Of a stretch of 64,000 bases of DNA, positions 49,994 through 59,916 are shown piece by piece. A model generated the notes under the pieces. It was not told where the DNA came from and ran no database searches. It saw only the letters and a list, made by a program, of their open reading frames with translations. Location of the stretch: contig OZ242041.1 of the NCBI GenBank assembly GCA_965205215.1, positions 1,344,001 through 1,408,000 of the forward strand, written 5' to 3'. The position numbers and the translations under genes were made by a program. Each line of letters starts with the position of its first letter. Position 1 is the first letter of the stretch. Source of the stretch: Nitrosopumilus sp. (GTDB taxonomy: Archaea > Thermoproteota > Nitrososphaeria > Nitrososphaerales > Nitrosopumilaceae).

Positions 49994-50809
49994 TTACTTA
50001 AGGATTGATTTGGCGGCGCGATCCTCCGTGCCGGCCGCCCGGGTTCTGCCCGCCTCTGAGCACATGCTGACGAGGCGCCTCATGGGCCTGCAGTTTGCGC
50101 GAACAAACTCCGGGAGCGTACTGTGGCTTTGGTAGTAGTCATATATGTAGCGGTACATTCCGCCCTTCTCCGAGTCGAAGGATTCTGCGTCCTTCACCGC
50201 ATACCCGCGAGACGCCATTGCCCTGTGTATCTCGTGCATCTTTTGCCTGTATGTGGCGACTGCCACTATTGACGCGGCCGCGACCGGCAGTATGGCGCCG
50301 TCCGCCCCCGTCTGGCACACGATCCGCGGCGTCTCGCACGCGCGAGGACCTGACGCTGTAAACCCAATTCTGGATGAAACTACCGACGCAATGTCCGCCG
50401 ACAGCCCTAGCGCGTCGGCGTCAAACGAGTCTACGTATGCGGCCTCTATGTGCCGGTTGGCCGCACGGCATGCGGCGGCAAGCCGGACTATGATGTCGGC
50501 AACGCGGCTTATCTTTGCCTCCCTGAGCCGGGCGCCCCTGTCTCTCCTGCCGCCCCCGCCGACTTTGTCCGCCGCGGCCATGTCGAGTTCGCGCGGCGTT
50601 ATCTCCGATGTCCTGTACATGAGCATGCGCTGCGGTGCGCCTGCAATCCTCTTGTATATTGCTGACACCGCGCTGCAGGGGAGCGTCTTTGAGTCTGCAA
50701 CCCCCCACCGTCTCAGCGTACGGGACGACTCTGCCTGCATTGCGACTCCGGCAAACACCATGGGTCCTATTATGGACCCCACGCCAGATTCGTCAACGCC
50801 GCATATCAT
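49994..50809 (-). CDS. rnhB: Divergent ribonuclease HII
   Basis: ICGVDESGVGSIIGPMV, ADSKTL, YVDS, AD....VAAASIVA. Confidence 0.75.
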   Translation of the reverse strand: MICGVDESGVGSIIGPMVFAGVAMQAESSRTLRRWGVADSKTLPCSAVSAIYKRIAGAPQRMLMYRTSEITPRELDMAAADKVGGGGRRDRGARLREAKISRVADIIVRLAAACRAANRHIEAAYVDSFDADALGLSADIASVVSSRIGFTASGPRACETPRIVCQTGADGAILPVAAASIVAVATYRQKMHEIHRAMASRGYAVKDAESFDSEKGGMYRYIYDYYQSHSTLPEFVRANCRPMRRLVSMCSEAGRTRAAGTEDRAAKSILK

Positions 50810-51020
50810 GTCGCGCACGGTGATGTTATGGACGTCCGGTAATAAAAGAGGCAGGACTGCATGGTGCATGCCTTGGCTGCGCTCCTGTGCGGTTCGGGCT
50901 GCCCCCTGTTTCTGTCATGGCGTGCCCGTAATGCGGCAGCTTGGGGGTCGTGGGGAAGGGGGAGGGAGGAAGGGAGAGAGAGGAAGGAGAATGGACAGAG
51001 TCCAGAATCAGTCATAAGTC

Positions 51021-51032
51021 AAAAAAAAAAAA
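51021..51032 (-). terminator. Oligo-T archaeal terminator
   Basis: A12 on the plus strand, T12 on the minus strand, just downstream of micro-ORF 51059-51133. Confidence 0.5.
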
Positions 51033-51058
51033 CGGCTTGCAAACGGGCTGCCCGTGCG

Positions 51059-51133
51059 CTATTCGCCGTCGGAGATTAGCCACGATAACCCGATTACATC
51101 TTCCCATGCTTCTGCTTGCTCTTTTTCTTTCAT
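51059..51133 (-). CDS. 24-aa micro-ORF
   Basis: MKEKEQAEAWEDVIGLSWLISDGE with TTATATAA about 25 bp upstream and a T-tract downstream. Confidence 0.5.
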   Translation of the reverse strand: MKEKEQAEAWEDVIGLSWLISDGE

Positions 51134-51364
51134 GATTGTCTTTTGCACGACCGTTATATAACGACCAAGAACGATTTATTCATTTTTTTGAAGTGGCGGG
51201 CAGGACGGGCTGTGGACTGCGGGCCTGTGCTTCTGCGCCGTTCTGCAGCGGCCGGCCATGCCTGGCGCTGCCGATGGCTGCCAAGGCGGGTGCTGCCGTG
51301 CTTCTCCCCCCCCTGCCTTGCTGCAGGCGCGGCCGCATCCGCACCCTTGCCGCATGCTACAACG

Positions 51365-51868
51365 TCAGGATCCTGCCGTGGGCGTGGAAATTCTTCTGTC
51401 CGTCGACGTCTCGTTTGCAGTCTTCTCGTAGTGGTATTCCTGTCGCCTCAGATCCTTTTCTGATATTATGCGGCACTTTCTCATTGGAACCAGGCGAGAT
51501 ACCTGCTCGTACGTCCCCATGTCCCTCACGTCGGCCGCATACGCAATCTGTATGAGCGGGGGCTTCTCGAGGATCATGTGCTTTGCCTGCTCGTACCCGC
51601 TCCTCTGTTTCATGCCGGTGCGGAACAGCCCCGTGTTGGACTCGTCTTTTGAGACCTGCGGGTCTTGGTAGCAGCATATCGCAAACTCGTCGTCGTCCTT
51701 CTCTATTATGGTGAGGCGCGTGAACCTGTCGCTCCATCTCTCCACCGCCCTTGCGACGGCGGCTGCAATCCCGGTGTCCTCGAACACAAGCGATATCACC
51801 AGCCTGTCCTTCTCGTACGCCCATGATATGCCGTAGAACTCGGCCTGCCAGTCTATGGAAAACGACAC
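51365..51868 (-). CDS. Hypothetical protein
   Basis: 167-aa ORF with globular composition, co-oriented with the upstream gene. Confidence 0.7.
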   Translation of the reverse strand: MSFSIDWQAEFYGISWAYEKDRLVISLVFEDTGIAAAVARAVERWSDRFTRLTIIEKDDDEFAICCYQDPQVSKDESNTGLFRTGMKQRSGYEQAKHMILEKPPLIQIAYAADVRDMGTYEQVSRLVPMRKCRIISEKDLRRQEYHYEKTANETSTDRRISTPTAGS

Positions 51869-51891
51869 GCCTGACTTGAGGCGATCTCAAA

Positions 51892-52425
51892 TTAATTGCT
51901 TTGTGGCCGCCGCGCGCCATTGGCGCTTCCGCGCGCGCCGCGCCGCTGGCCTTCTGCCTTTCCTCGGCTCTCCCTCTTGGCGCCCGGCCGCCTCCCGTCC
52001 CTCTTGGCGCCCTCTTCCCTGCCGCCGCCCTGCGCCCTTTTGCCGTCTCTGGGATGGCCGCCGCGCCTGTCGCCCGCGCTTTGGCGGCCGCCTCTACCCT
52101 CTTCCTTCTCCTCGATCCTGCGCCTCCTGCCAGTGTTCAGTATCTCGTACTTCTTGCCGACCTCGAATATCTTCATCTCCCCCGACGTCGGATCGTGTAT
52201 TGACTCGAGGTTGCCTGCGGAGAGTAGCATTCCCACCAGGTTCCACGTCTCTGGCTCTGAAATGTTGAACTTTGTCATAATTGTGGAGAATTTTGTAAAG
52301 TAACCGTTCCTGGAGTTTCTCAGTATGAACATCTCGACCCTTTTTTCTACGGGCGGGGAGGGCTCGCGCCTCTTGGGCCTCGAAAAACGGCGCCCCCGTC
52401 CGTGCGCGCCCCTGACATGTGACAT
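51892..52425 (-). CDS. Hypothetical protein, winged-helix-like core with Arg/Gly-rich tails
   Basis: Core FILRNSRNGYFTK...WNLVGMLL...IHDPTSGEMKI; basic disordered termini; TATA-like tract upstream. Confidence 0.65.
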   Translation of the reverse strand: MSHVRGAHGRGRRFSRPKRREPSPPVEKRVEMFILRNSRNGYFTKFSTIMTKFNISEPETWNLVGMLLSAGNLESIHDPTSGEMKIFEVGKKYEILNTGRRRRIEEKEEGRGGRQSAGDRRGGHPRDGKRAQGGGREEGAKRDGRRPGAKRESRGKAEGQRRGARGSANGARRPQSN

Positions 52426-52929
52426 GGATGATCAATTTTTCGTGAATACTTAATGTTTGGGATTGTACCGCGCGTCCCGCATGGCATCTGGTGTCGGCAG
52501 ACGTCCCGCTGCTGCCACATTGGACGGTTGTATGGTGCGGCCGTTTGCGGCCAGAGGCCGCTGCCGCCGTGTGTTGATGTCATGTCCGGGCGGCGGGTGC
52601 AGGCCCCTCGGAGGGGAGATCCGCGGGCCTGACCAGAAGGCCCTGCCTGTGGGGAGGCGCGCCTTCCGTGCCGTCCGAACTCGGAGGCATGCCGGTCAGG
52701 CCTCTGCCAGTCTTGCCCTTTGGGGGACTGCGTGTGGCTCGCGCCTGGCAATAAAGCAACCTGCCTCCTCTGTCTGCTTTGATGTGTCGTTGCCGGCGCG
52801 CTATATCCTGCGCGATGTGTGATTTTTTGATCAATCAGGCCAAAAAATACCGTCCTGACCGGGGCCGTCGCACGCGTGGCAGTTTGGCCCGTCCATCCGG
52901 CCGGCTACCGCCGCCGTCGCAATACCATT

Positions 52930-53493
52930 ATGATGCCGCAGGTACCGTATGCCGTGAGCCGCCCCAATCCCATTCCGTGGTCCCCCGGCTTGGCACTGTC
53001 GTGGGCTGACTTTCAGGCCGAGCAGAATCCTGCCGAGCTCGAGGACGCCTACAGCGCAATACGCTACAGGCCAAGGTGGACGGTCGGGTCGGAGCAGTTC
53101 GCCGATGGCTCGATTCTCTTTGAGGTTTTGGATCTCCGCATAACCACCGAGTTCTGGCCTGCTCTTTCTTGGGCCCGCCCTGACTGCGACGATACCGTGC
53201 TGTGCCACCAGCAAGGGCACTTTGATCTTGGGGAGCTCGTAATGCGCGAGGAAGCCGGACGTGTGCGAGGCTCCGTGTGCGGAAGGCACTTTCCCACGCG
53301 CGGCAGGAACGAGGATCAGAGAATGCAGAACGCAAAAGAGGACTCCGCGCTTGTGGTAGAGTCCGCGGTGCGCAAACTTGAGGCCGTGCTTGCAGCGCGG
53401 CAGGCCCGGTACGACAGAGACACGCGGCACGGGGCCGACAGCGAGGCCCAGCGCAGGTTTGATGACATGCTGCGTGAGGCCCTGAGGGGATGA
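52930..53493 (+). CDS. DUF922-like minimal zinc-metalloprotease-fold protein
   Basis: W....LSWADF, SW, L.HQQGHFDL.E. Confidence 0.75.
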   Translation: MMPQVPYAVSRPNPIPWSPGLALSWADFQAEQNPAELEDAYSAIRYRPRWTVGSEQFADGSILFEVLDLRITTEFWPALSWARPDCDDTVLCHQQGHFDLGELVMREEAGRVRGSVCGRHFPTRGRNEDQRMQNAKEDSALVVESAVRKLEAVLAARQARYDRDTRHGADSEAQRRFDDMLREALRG

Positions 53494-53591
53494 TCAAGAC
53501 ACCTTAAGCCACCGCCATTTATCGTAACTGACATTCCTTTCCATCTGTACTGCGTGCATGGCCGCGTGCGGCTATTCCTGCATTGCCGCTT

Positions 53592-53786
53592 CTATTCCGT
53601 TTCCACCGTGTGGTTCCTGCTACCGTCTGTCTCGCCGCCTTCTTCTCTTGCCTCTGCTCTTTCGGCCTTCTCTTTGTTTCTTGCCATGATCTCGCTGTTC
53701 CGCTCGGCGTCTGTGTGGATTTCTAAATGATCATATAATTTTTCCTTTGTGTCAAATATCTGGCTGCAGTAATAGCACTGGTGCAT
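53592..53786 (-). CDS. C2H2 zinc-finger small protein
   Basis: CYYCSQIFDTKEKLYDHLEIH. Confidence 0.8.
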   Translation of the reverse strand: MHQCYYCSQIFDTKEKLYDHLEIHTDAERNSEIMARNKEKAERAEAREEGGETDGSRNHTVETE

Positions 53787-53867
53787 ACCACTGTATGTCT
53801 GTTATGCGTTTTAACCTTGACTGAGGTCGGGATTTGGTATGCTTGGCGCGGCCGCCGTGCCGTGCGC

Positions 53868-53910
53868 GGGGAGAAGGGGAGGGGGGAGAAGGGGAGGGGG
53901 GAGAAGGGGA
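53868..53910. repeat. Polypurine 15-bp repeat
   Basis: ggggagaaggggagg about 3 copies. Confidence 0.75.
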
Positions 53911-54073
53911 AGAGGTGGCTCTGTTGCCACGCTGGCACCACCGTTATTGTCGCAACCGTGTTACCGCAGCTGTTGCCGGTGACGGCGGCAGTTACTGCTT
54001 GCCGCATGCCTTGGCAGGCGCCGATACACCGCATCATGGTATTAATACTGACGCACCGGCACCAACCAATACC

Positions 54074-55756
54074 ATGTTGGAGGACAAGGTTCCGGCCCCG
54101 TTCGCGCCGCGCCCGATCCAGAAGCGCATCCTTTCTGAGATAGAGTCGTGCATCGAATCCGGATACCCGAACATCGTACTGTGCGCTCCCACCGGCGTGG
54201 GCAAGTCGCTTGTGGGCGTGACGGTGGCCCGCCACTTCGGTGGCTCGTTTGTGGTTACGGCCTCAAAAAACCTCCAGAACCAGTACGTGGGGGACTTTGC
54301 GTTTCTCAGCCCCGTCAAGGGCAAGTCGAACTTTGCCTGCCACCAGATAATGTCCGAACAGAAGATGGACGACGAGGTGTACGCGGCGCGCAACGGGATG
54401 ACGTGCGAGAAAGGGCGCTGCGTTACAAAAAAGACGGTCGGCGGCAAGCAGATCGTGGACACATGCAAGTTCAAGCCCACGATCAAGCAGGTGGACGAGG
54501 ACGACTGCCCCTCTGAGCCGTGCCCGTACTATGTGCAAAAGTACAGGGGGCTGCTCTCGCCCCACTCCCTCTGGAACTATTCGTCGTATTTTCAGATTAT
54601 AAAGTTCGGGCAGCCGCTGTTCGGCCAGTACCTGGAGAGGCCCGTCTCTATATTCGACGAGGCCCACACCCTGGAGGATCAGATAGTCCAATTCATCGGA
54701 TACGACATAAGGCAGCGGCACCTGGAGGAGGCGGAGATCCACGCCGACCGGTACGACCTTGGGAGCGTGGAGGATACGCTTGAGATCACTACCGAGATTG
54801 CCAAGTACTACTCGGGCCGGATCCGGGACGTGGAGGAGTCGGTATCGCCCGAGTCCCTCCCGGACTTTCGCATACTCAGCCGGCTCCGGTCCATCTACGA
54901 GGAGGCGGCCCATGCAAGGCAGGAGATCTCATCGGACATAGGGAACTTTGTGGTCAACAGGCCCGAGACCGACGCGGACGGCAACATAAGGACCATATCA
55001 ATAAAGCCGATAGACGTCTCGGGCTTTGCCGGGGAGTTCTTCACCTCCAAGCACAACCTGTTCATGTCCGCCACCATCGACAAGCCGAGCTTCTGCGAGA
55101 ACATGGGGCTCGACCCGGGCTCGGTCGCGATCGTGGACGCCCCCGAGTCGCCGTTTCCACTGGAGCACCGCGCCGTGGAGATGCTGCGCGTGAGACACCT
55201 CAACTACCGCAGCACGCCGGCCGACGAGGCGGCGGTAATATCAAAGATAGACGAACTGATGGACAAGCACGCCGACGCGCGCGGACTTGTCCTGACGTCG
55301 TCCGTATCAAAGTGCTACTACATCCTCAAGGGACTTTCAGAGCGCAACCGGCGCCGCGTCAAGATATGCCACAGCACCAACCCCGACGGCAGAACGCAGG
55401 GCGAGATAATAGCCGAGCACAGGGACGAGCCGCGCAGCGTCCTGCTCTCCTCGTCCCTGTGGGAGGGTGTCGACCTCAAGGACGACATGTCGCGGTTCCA
55501 GATAATTGCAAAGGTGCCGTACCCGAACTACTCGGAGGAGCGTACGAGGGCCAAGATGAAAAAATTTCCGCGCTGGTATGCGGCCCGCACGCTGACAAAG
55601 CTGCTACAGGGACTCGGGCGCTCCGTCCGCAGCGAGCAGGACTGGGCTAGGACCTACATACTCGACGCAGCGGCCGACAGGCTGCTGGCCCAGTCCCGGA
55701 ACTCGGTGCCGCTGTCGTATCGCGACATGCTGGGCATGCAGGCGGGGAGCGCGTGA
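54074..55756 (+). CDS. DinG/XPD (Rad3)-family helicase
   Basis: PRPIQ, APTGVGKS, four Cys candidate Fe-S ligands, DEAH, SAT, WEGVD, QGLGRSVRS. Confidence 0.92.
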   Translation: MLEDKVPAPFAPRPIQKRILSEIESCIESGYPNIVLCAPTGVGKSLVGVTVARHFGGSFVVTASKNLQNQYVGDFAFLSPVKGKSNFACHQIMSEQKMDDEVYAARNGMTCEKGRCVTKKTVGGKQIVDTCKFKPTIKQVDEDDCPSEPCPYYVQKYRGLLSPHSLWNYSSYFQIIKFGQPLFGQYLERPVSIFDEAHTLEDQIVQFIGYDIRQRHLEEAEIHADRYDLGSVEDTLEITTEIAKYYSGRIRDVEESVSPESLPDFRILSRLRSIYEEAAHARQEISSDIGNFVVNRPETDADGNIRTISIKPIDVSGFAGEFFTSKHNLFMSATIDKPSFCENMGLDPGSVAIVDAPESPFPLEHRAVEMLRVRHLNYRSTPADEAAVISKIDELMDKHADARGLVLTSSVSKCYYILKGLSERNRRRVKICHSTNPDGRTQGEIIAEHRDEPRSVLLSSSLWEGVDLKDDMSRFQIIAKVPYPNYSEERTRAKMKKFPRWYAARTLTKLLQGLGRSVRSEQDWARTYILDAAADRLLAQSRNSVPLSYRDMLGMQAGSA

Positions 55757-55828
55757 TGCGCCTTGGCGGGATCTGCCGGGGGCAGTAACTCGCCGCGTGA
55801 CGTCTTTGTGACCTCTACCGCCGCCGCG

Positions 55829-57574
55829 TCACTGCCGCACGACGGGCCTTGTAACCGCCCCTTCTGCTGCAGAGCCCACAAGTGACGCGAACTTTGCAAG
55901 GGCGCCGTGCGTATAGTTGGGCGGGGGCCTCTGCCACCCGGCCCTTCTTGACTCCATCTCGTCCTCTGATATGCGTACGTCTATGAGGTTTGACTCCGTG
56001 TCTATGGCGATCGTGTCACCGTCGCGCACCAGCGCTATGGGGCCCCCGACGTAGGCCTCGGGCGCCACGTGGCCCACCATGAATCCCCTGGTCCCCCCGG
56101 AGAACCTGCCGTCCGTTACCATTGCCACCTGCCTGCCGAGCCCCTGGCCCACCAGGGCCGCCGTGGTGGCGAGCATCTCGCGCATTCCGGGCCCGCCCTT
56201 CGGGCCCTCGTACCTGATCACCACCACGTCCCCCGGCACGATCCCGCCCTTTGAGACCTCCTCGAAGGCCGCCTCCTCCCGATCAAAGACGCGTGCCCTT
56301 CCCTCGAACGTGGTCATCTCGACCCCCGCGGTCTTGATTACGGCCCCGTCGGGAGCAAGCGTGCCGCGCAGTATCACGGCGGTGCCCGTCTTGTGTATGG
56401 GGCTGTCCGTGTCGCGCAGTATGCCGGGGGCCTCGGCCGCGCCGGCGCCGTCTCTGTGTCCGCCCTCCTGCGGACTGGAACCGTCCGGTCCAGCCGTAGC
56501 GTACGGCGCCACGGACGCCAGGTTCTGAGATATTGTTTTTCCGGTTACGGTCATGCAGTCCCCGTTGAGCAGTCCCGCGTCAAGCAGCTTTTTCATCACG
56601 AGCGGTATGCCGCCTATGCGGTCAAGCGAGTTCATCACGTAGCTCCCACCCGGCTTCATGTCCGTAATGTGCGGCGTCTTCTTCCTGATCCTTTCAAAGT
56701 CCTTGTACGTGAGGTCCACCCCGACCTCCCTTGAGAGCGCCAGAAGGTGCAGTATGCCGTTGGTTGACCCGCCCACCGCATTGAGCATCGCAATCGCGTT
56801 CTCAAATGACTCGAGCGTCAGTATGTCGCGGGGCCGTATGCCCGTCTCCAGCAGCAGCCTTGCGCACGCTGCCCCTGTGTCGTACGCCATCGCCTCGCGC
56901 CTCTCGTCCTCGGCGGGGGGGCTTGCGCTTCCGGGCAGCGCGAGCCCTATGGCCTCCGATATGGACGCCATCGTGTTTGCAGTAAACATCCCACCGCACG
57001 AGCCGGCGTTGGGGCACGCGGCATCCTCTATGTCCTTAAGCTGCTCAAGCGATATGCTGCCCGCGTCGTACGATCCGACTGCCTCGTACACGTCAACTAT
57101 GGTAAGCTCCCTGCCGTCGAGCATTCCCGGCATTATGGTCCCTCCGTACACGAATACGGAGGGTATGTCGAGCCTTGCCATCGCCATCATGGTGCCGGGC
57201 AGGCTCTTGTCGCATCCCGCTATTCCCACCAGCGCGTCGTACTGGTGCGCCCTTACCATCAGCTCTATGGAGTCGGCTATCACCTCGCGGGATACGAGCG
57301 AGGACTTCATACCCTCGTGCCCCATGGCTATCCCGTCGCTTACTGCAATGGTGGCAAACTCGCGCGGCGTGGCGCCCGCGTCCGCGACGCCCTGCTTTGC
57401 CTTGAGCGCAAGCTGCGGCAGGTGTATGTTGCACGGCGTGGCCTCGTTCCCGGTGTGGCATACGCCGACGAACGGCCTTGCTAGATCCTCGTCTGTCAGG
57501 GACATGGCCTTGTACATGGCCCTGTGGGGGGCCCTTGCCGTGCCCTCCACTACGTTCCTGCTCGATATGCTCAT
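55829..57574 (-). CDS. ilvD: Dihydroxy-acid dehydratase
   Basis: [47 protein letters not shown]. Confidence 0.98.
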   Translation of the reverse strand: MSISSRNVVEGTARAPHRAMYKAMSLTDEDLARPFVGVCHTGNEATPCNIHLPQLALKAKQGVADAGATPREFATIAVSDGIAMGHEGMKSSLVSREVIADSIELMVRAHQYDALVGIAGCDKSLPGTMMAMARLDIPSVFVYGGTIMPGMLDGRELTIVDVYEAVGSYDAGSISLEQLKDIEDAACPNAGSCGGMFTANTMASISEAIGLALPGSASPPAEDERREAMAYDTGAACARLLLETGIRPRDILTLESFENAIAMLNAVGGSTNGILHLLALSREVGVDLTYKDFERIRKKTPHITDMKPGGSYVMNSLDRIGGIPLVMKKLLDAGLLNGDCMTVTGKTISQNLASVAPYATAGPDGSSPQEGGHRDGAGAAEAPGILRDTDSPIHKTGTAVILRGTLAPDGAVIKTAGVEMTTFEGRARVFDREEAAFEEVSKGGIVPGDVVVIRYEGPKGGPGMREMLATTAALVGQGLGRQVAMVTDGRFSGGTRGFMVGHVAPEAYVGGPIALVRDGDTIAIDTESNLIDVRISEDEMESRRAGWQRPPPNYTHGALAKFASLVGSAAEGAVTRPVVRQ

Positions 57575-57915
57575 GGAATGCACGCCACCCCGAGTCAATT
57601 ATAACATTGCCTTTTTTTTTTGGCCCTGCAACACCCTCATGATCTGCGGTGCGCTGCAAGGCAGGCGGCCTGACGGCGCGGCGCCCCCTGCGTCTTCAGT
57701 GCTGGTTAAATAACCCGGCCTGCCAACCCGCATATGAAAGCTAGATCTGCAATCATGTTGCGGCGCCGCTCCCTTTTCTCGGGGGCGAACGCGGGAGGAA
57801 CGCGGCCCGTTTGTGCCTGCGACGCTGGCAGTCTCCTGCTGGATCAGGGGTGTGGCAGGCCTGCAAGGATAGTGGACGTGGCGCGCGGATGACGGCCGGC
57901 TAGAGCGGGAAGGGC

Positions 57916-58554
57916 ATGCAAGGCGCAGCTGCGGCATTTTATGGCGTGATGGTGAGGCCAACCGCGACATTCCGCCGCATATCCGACAATCCTGCAGCAT
58001 ACCTTGCGCCGTCTGTTGCGATACTTGCGGCCTTGGTTGTCTTGAGCGCGCTGTTCCCACTGAGTGTCTTCGGACCCCGGATGAGCGAGATCTCGTGGGA
58101 TGGCGCTCTGTACGCCTTGGTTACGGGTCCAATAGATGCATTGGTGCCAATCCTTGGAATATTCTGGGTTGGAAGGAGGTGGGGCGGGAACCGCAGCCTT
58201 CGAAGGGCCTTCCCGACGCTGGCGTACTGCATGGTGCCTGCCGTACTGGGGTTCATGGCGGTTCATGCAGCGTGGGGCCTGTACGATCTTGCGGTTCCGG
58301 AGCCCCTCTTTCATGACGGGCCGACTAGGACCGCATGGTTTACGTTCGCTGGTGGTAGCATCCAACATGCCGTCGGGCTGCTCCCCGTAGGGTGGACGCT
58401 CCTGCTGCATCTAAAAGCGATCCGCGTACTGAACGGATTTGGGTACGCCAGATCCGCGGCAATCTTGGCGCTGGCCGTACTGTTCCTGTATGCAGCCGGT
58501 ATGGCCCAAGGCCTGGCCATGACAGTCATCAGCGGGCCCGTGCTGTTTGTATGA
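57916..58554 (+). CDS. YIP1-family membrane protein
   Basis: RP..TF..I, G..WGG, LAY...P, about 5 TM helices. Confidence 0.7.
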   Translation: MQGAAAAFYGVMVRPTATFRRISDNPAAYLAPSVAILAALVVLSALFPLSVFGPRMSEISWDGALYALVTGPIDALVPILGIFWVGRRWGGNRSLRRAFPTLAYCMVPAVLGFMAVHAAWGLYDLAVPEPLFHDGPTRTAWFTFAGGSIQHAVGLLPVGWTLLLHLKAIRVLNGFGYARSAAILALAVLFLYAAGMAQGLAMTVISGPVLFV

Positions 58555-58732
58555 CCGGCGCTAGGACACACCAAAAAAAAACCAGAGGAGCTCCAGCACG
58601 GTATGCGCTGTTTTGATCGGCAGGTTTGGGCCTGGGTAGGGGCTTAGGGTTCTGACGTGACCTGCCGACTTCTCAATTCATAGAAAGCTGATTATGCAAT
58701 CCCGCCGCGCCTGTAAAATTAGTTAATTACAA

Positions 58733-59137
58733 GTGCGTGTAACGCGAGTCGTGGGGGCGTATACCGCGATAATTGGAATAGTCGCCGGGGCGATCGTCAT
58801 GATGGCCTTGGTGTTTGGCATGGACGTGGTAAAGATGAGCATATCGACTGAGAAATACTCCGTGTTCGTGGATCCGATAATAGACCAGCAAAGCCTCTTC
58901 GTTGTGGGGCGCGTCACGGTTCAGAACACAGGCTCCGAGCCCCTGACAAACGTCCGGGTCAACTTTGGCTCCGGCGACGCGCAGGACCTTCCGGTACTAA
59001 AGCCGGGGCAGAAGATACTCCTGACGCCCCCCGAGGACAACCCGATGCAGGCCGTAACCGTGAGCGCCGACAACGGCGTGTACGAGATGAAGACGTACCG
59101 AGAGCTCCCGAAGATGGTCGGCATGATGGGCTCGTAG
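58733..59137 (+). CDS. Membrane-anchored hypothetical protein (Ig-like)
   Basis: N-terminal TM helix then VQNTGS.PLTNV.V...L.PG beta-sandwich motif. Confidence 0.75.
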   Translation: MRVTRVVGAYTAIIGIVAGAIVMMALVFGMDVVKMSISTEKYSVFVDPIIDQQSLFVVGRVTVQNTGSEPLTNVRVNFGSGDAQDLPVLKPGQKILLTPPEDNPMQAVTVSADNGVYEMKTYRELPKMVGMMGS

Positions 59138-59196
59138 CGTGACGCGAGACGCGAGCCCTGCGTACTGAATATATTCATGCGACCGCACCGCACTGT

Positions 59197-59631
59197 GTGG
59201 ATTGCGACATACGCGCGTCTGAAAACGACGGCGACGACAGCGGCGACGACGACGCACGCGAGGGTTCCCCTGACGCATACCATGCGTTTTACCACGAGCT
59301 GATCGGGCTTGTCCGCCGCCACGCCGAAAGCGGCATCGCGCTCAGGGTAAAGCACGATGCAGAGAACCGGATCATTCGGCTGACGGGCCCCGAAGCCACC
59401 CCCCGGGCAAGGGCGGCAAGCGGCCTTGAGGACGTGGCGGAGCTGGCGCAGTCCACCGCGGAACACCACCCGTACTGGGGCCTATTGTACCACTCATCGG
59501 AGGTGGCAGACGAGGTACTGCGCTCGTGGGACGGGGCGCTGACGGCCGACCAAGTGGCGGACATCCGGTGGTCCATGCGCGAGATCGAGTCCGTCCTTGA
59601 CAGGCTGGCGCGAGACTCGGCCCGCGAGTGA
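59197..59631 (+). CDS. Hypothetical protein
   Basis: Helical ORF with TAEHHPYW; GC3-biased. Confidence 0.65.
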   Translation: MDCDIRASENDGDDSGDDDAREGSPDAYHAFYHELIGLVRRHAESGIALRVKHDAENRIIRLTGPEATPRARAASGLEDVAELAQSTAEHHPYWGLLYHSSEVADEVLRSWDGALTADQVADIRWSMREIESVLDRLARDSARE

Positions 59632-59916
59632 CAATGGCGCCTTCGGCGCGTGCAACTATTGCGCCGGCAGCGGCCACCGCGGCGCGGCGGCCGCGTAGGG
59701 CGAAGGTACATTATCGTGCGCGGAATGTCAACGTGTCCGGCGCGTGTCCGGTTACGTGCGCGGCAACAGCAGCGGACTCGGGCCGGATGGCAAGAAGCAA
59801 GGCGGGACTTTCAGGGTTTGGCCCACCTGTCCCACCCCACTGAATACGTTCATGCCTGTATTACATGCCTAGAGATTCTGAAAAATGGATAAAAGGAACA
59901 ATGTGGTAACTATGGC

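Noticed and set aside
57733-57895. Cys-containing short ORF upstream of the YIP1 gene
   Set aside because: No coherent motif; might be a decayed gene but cannot be supported
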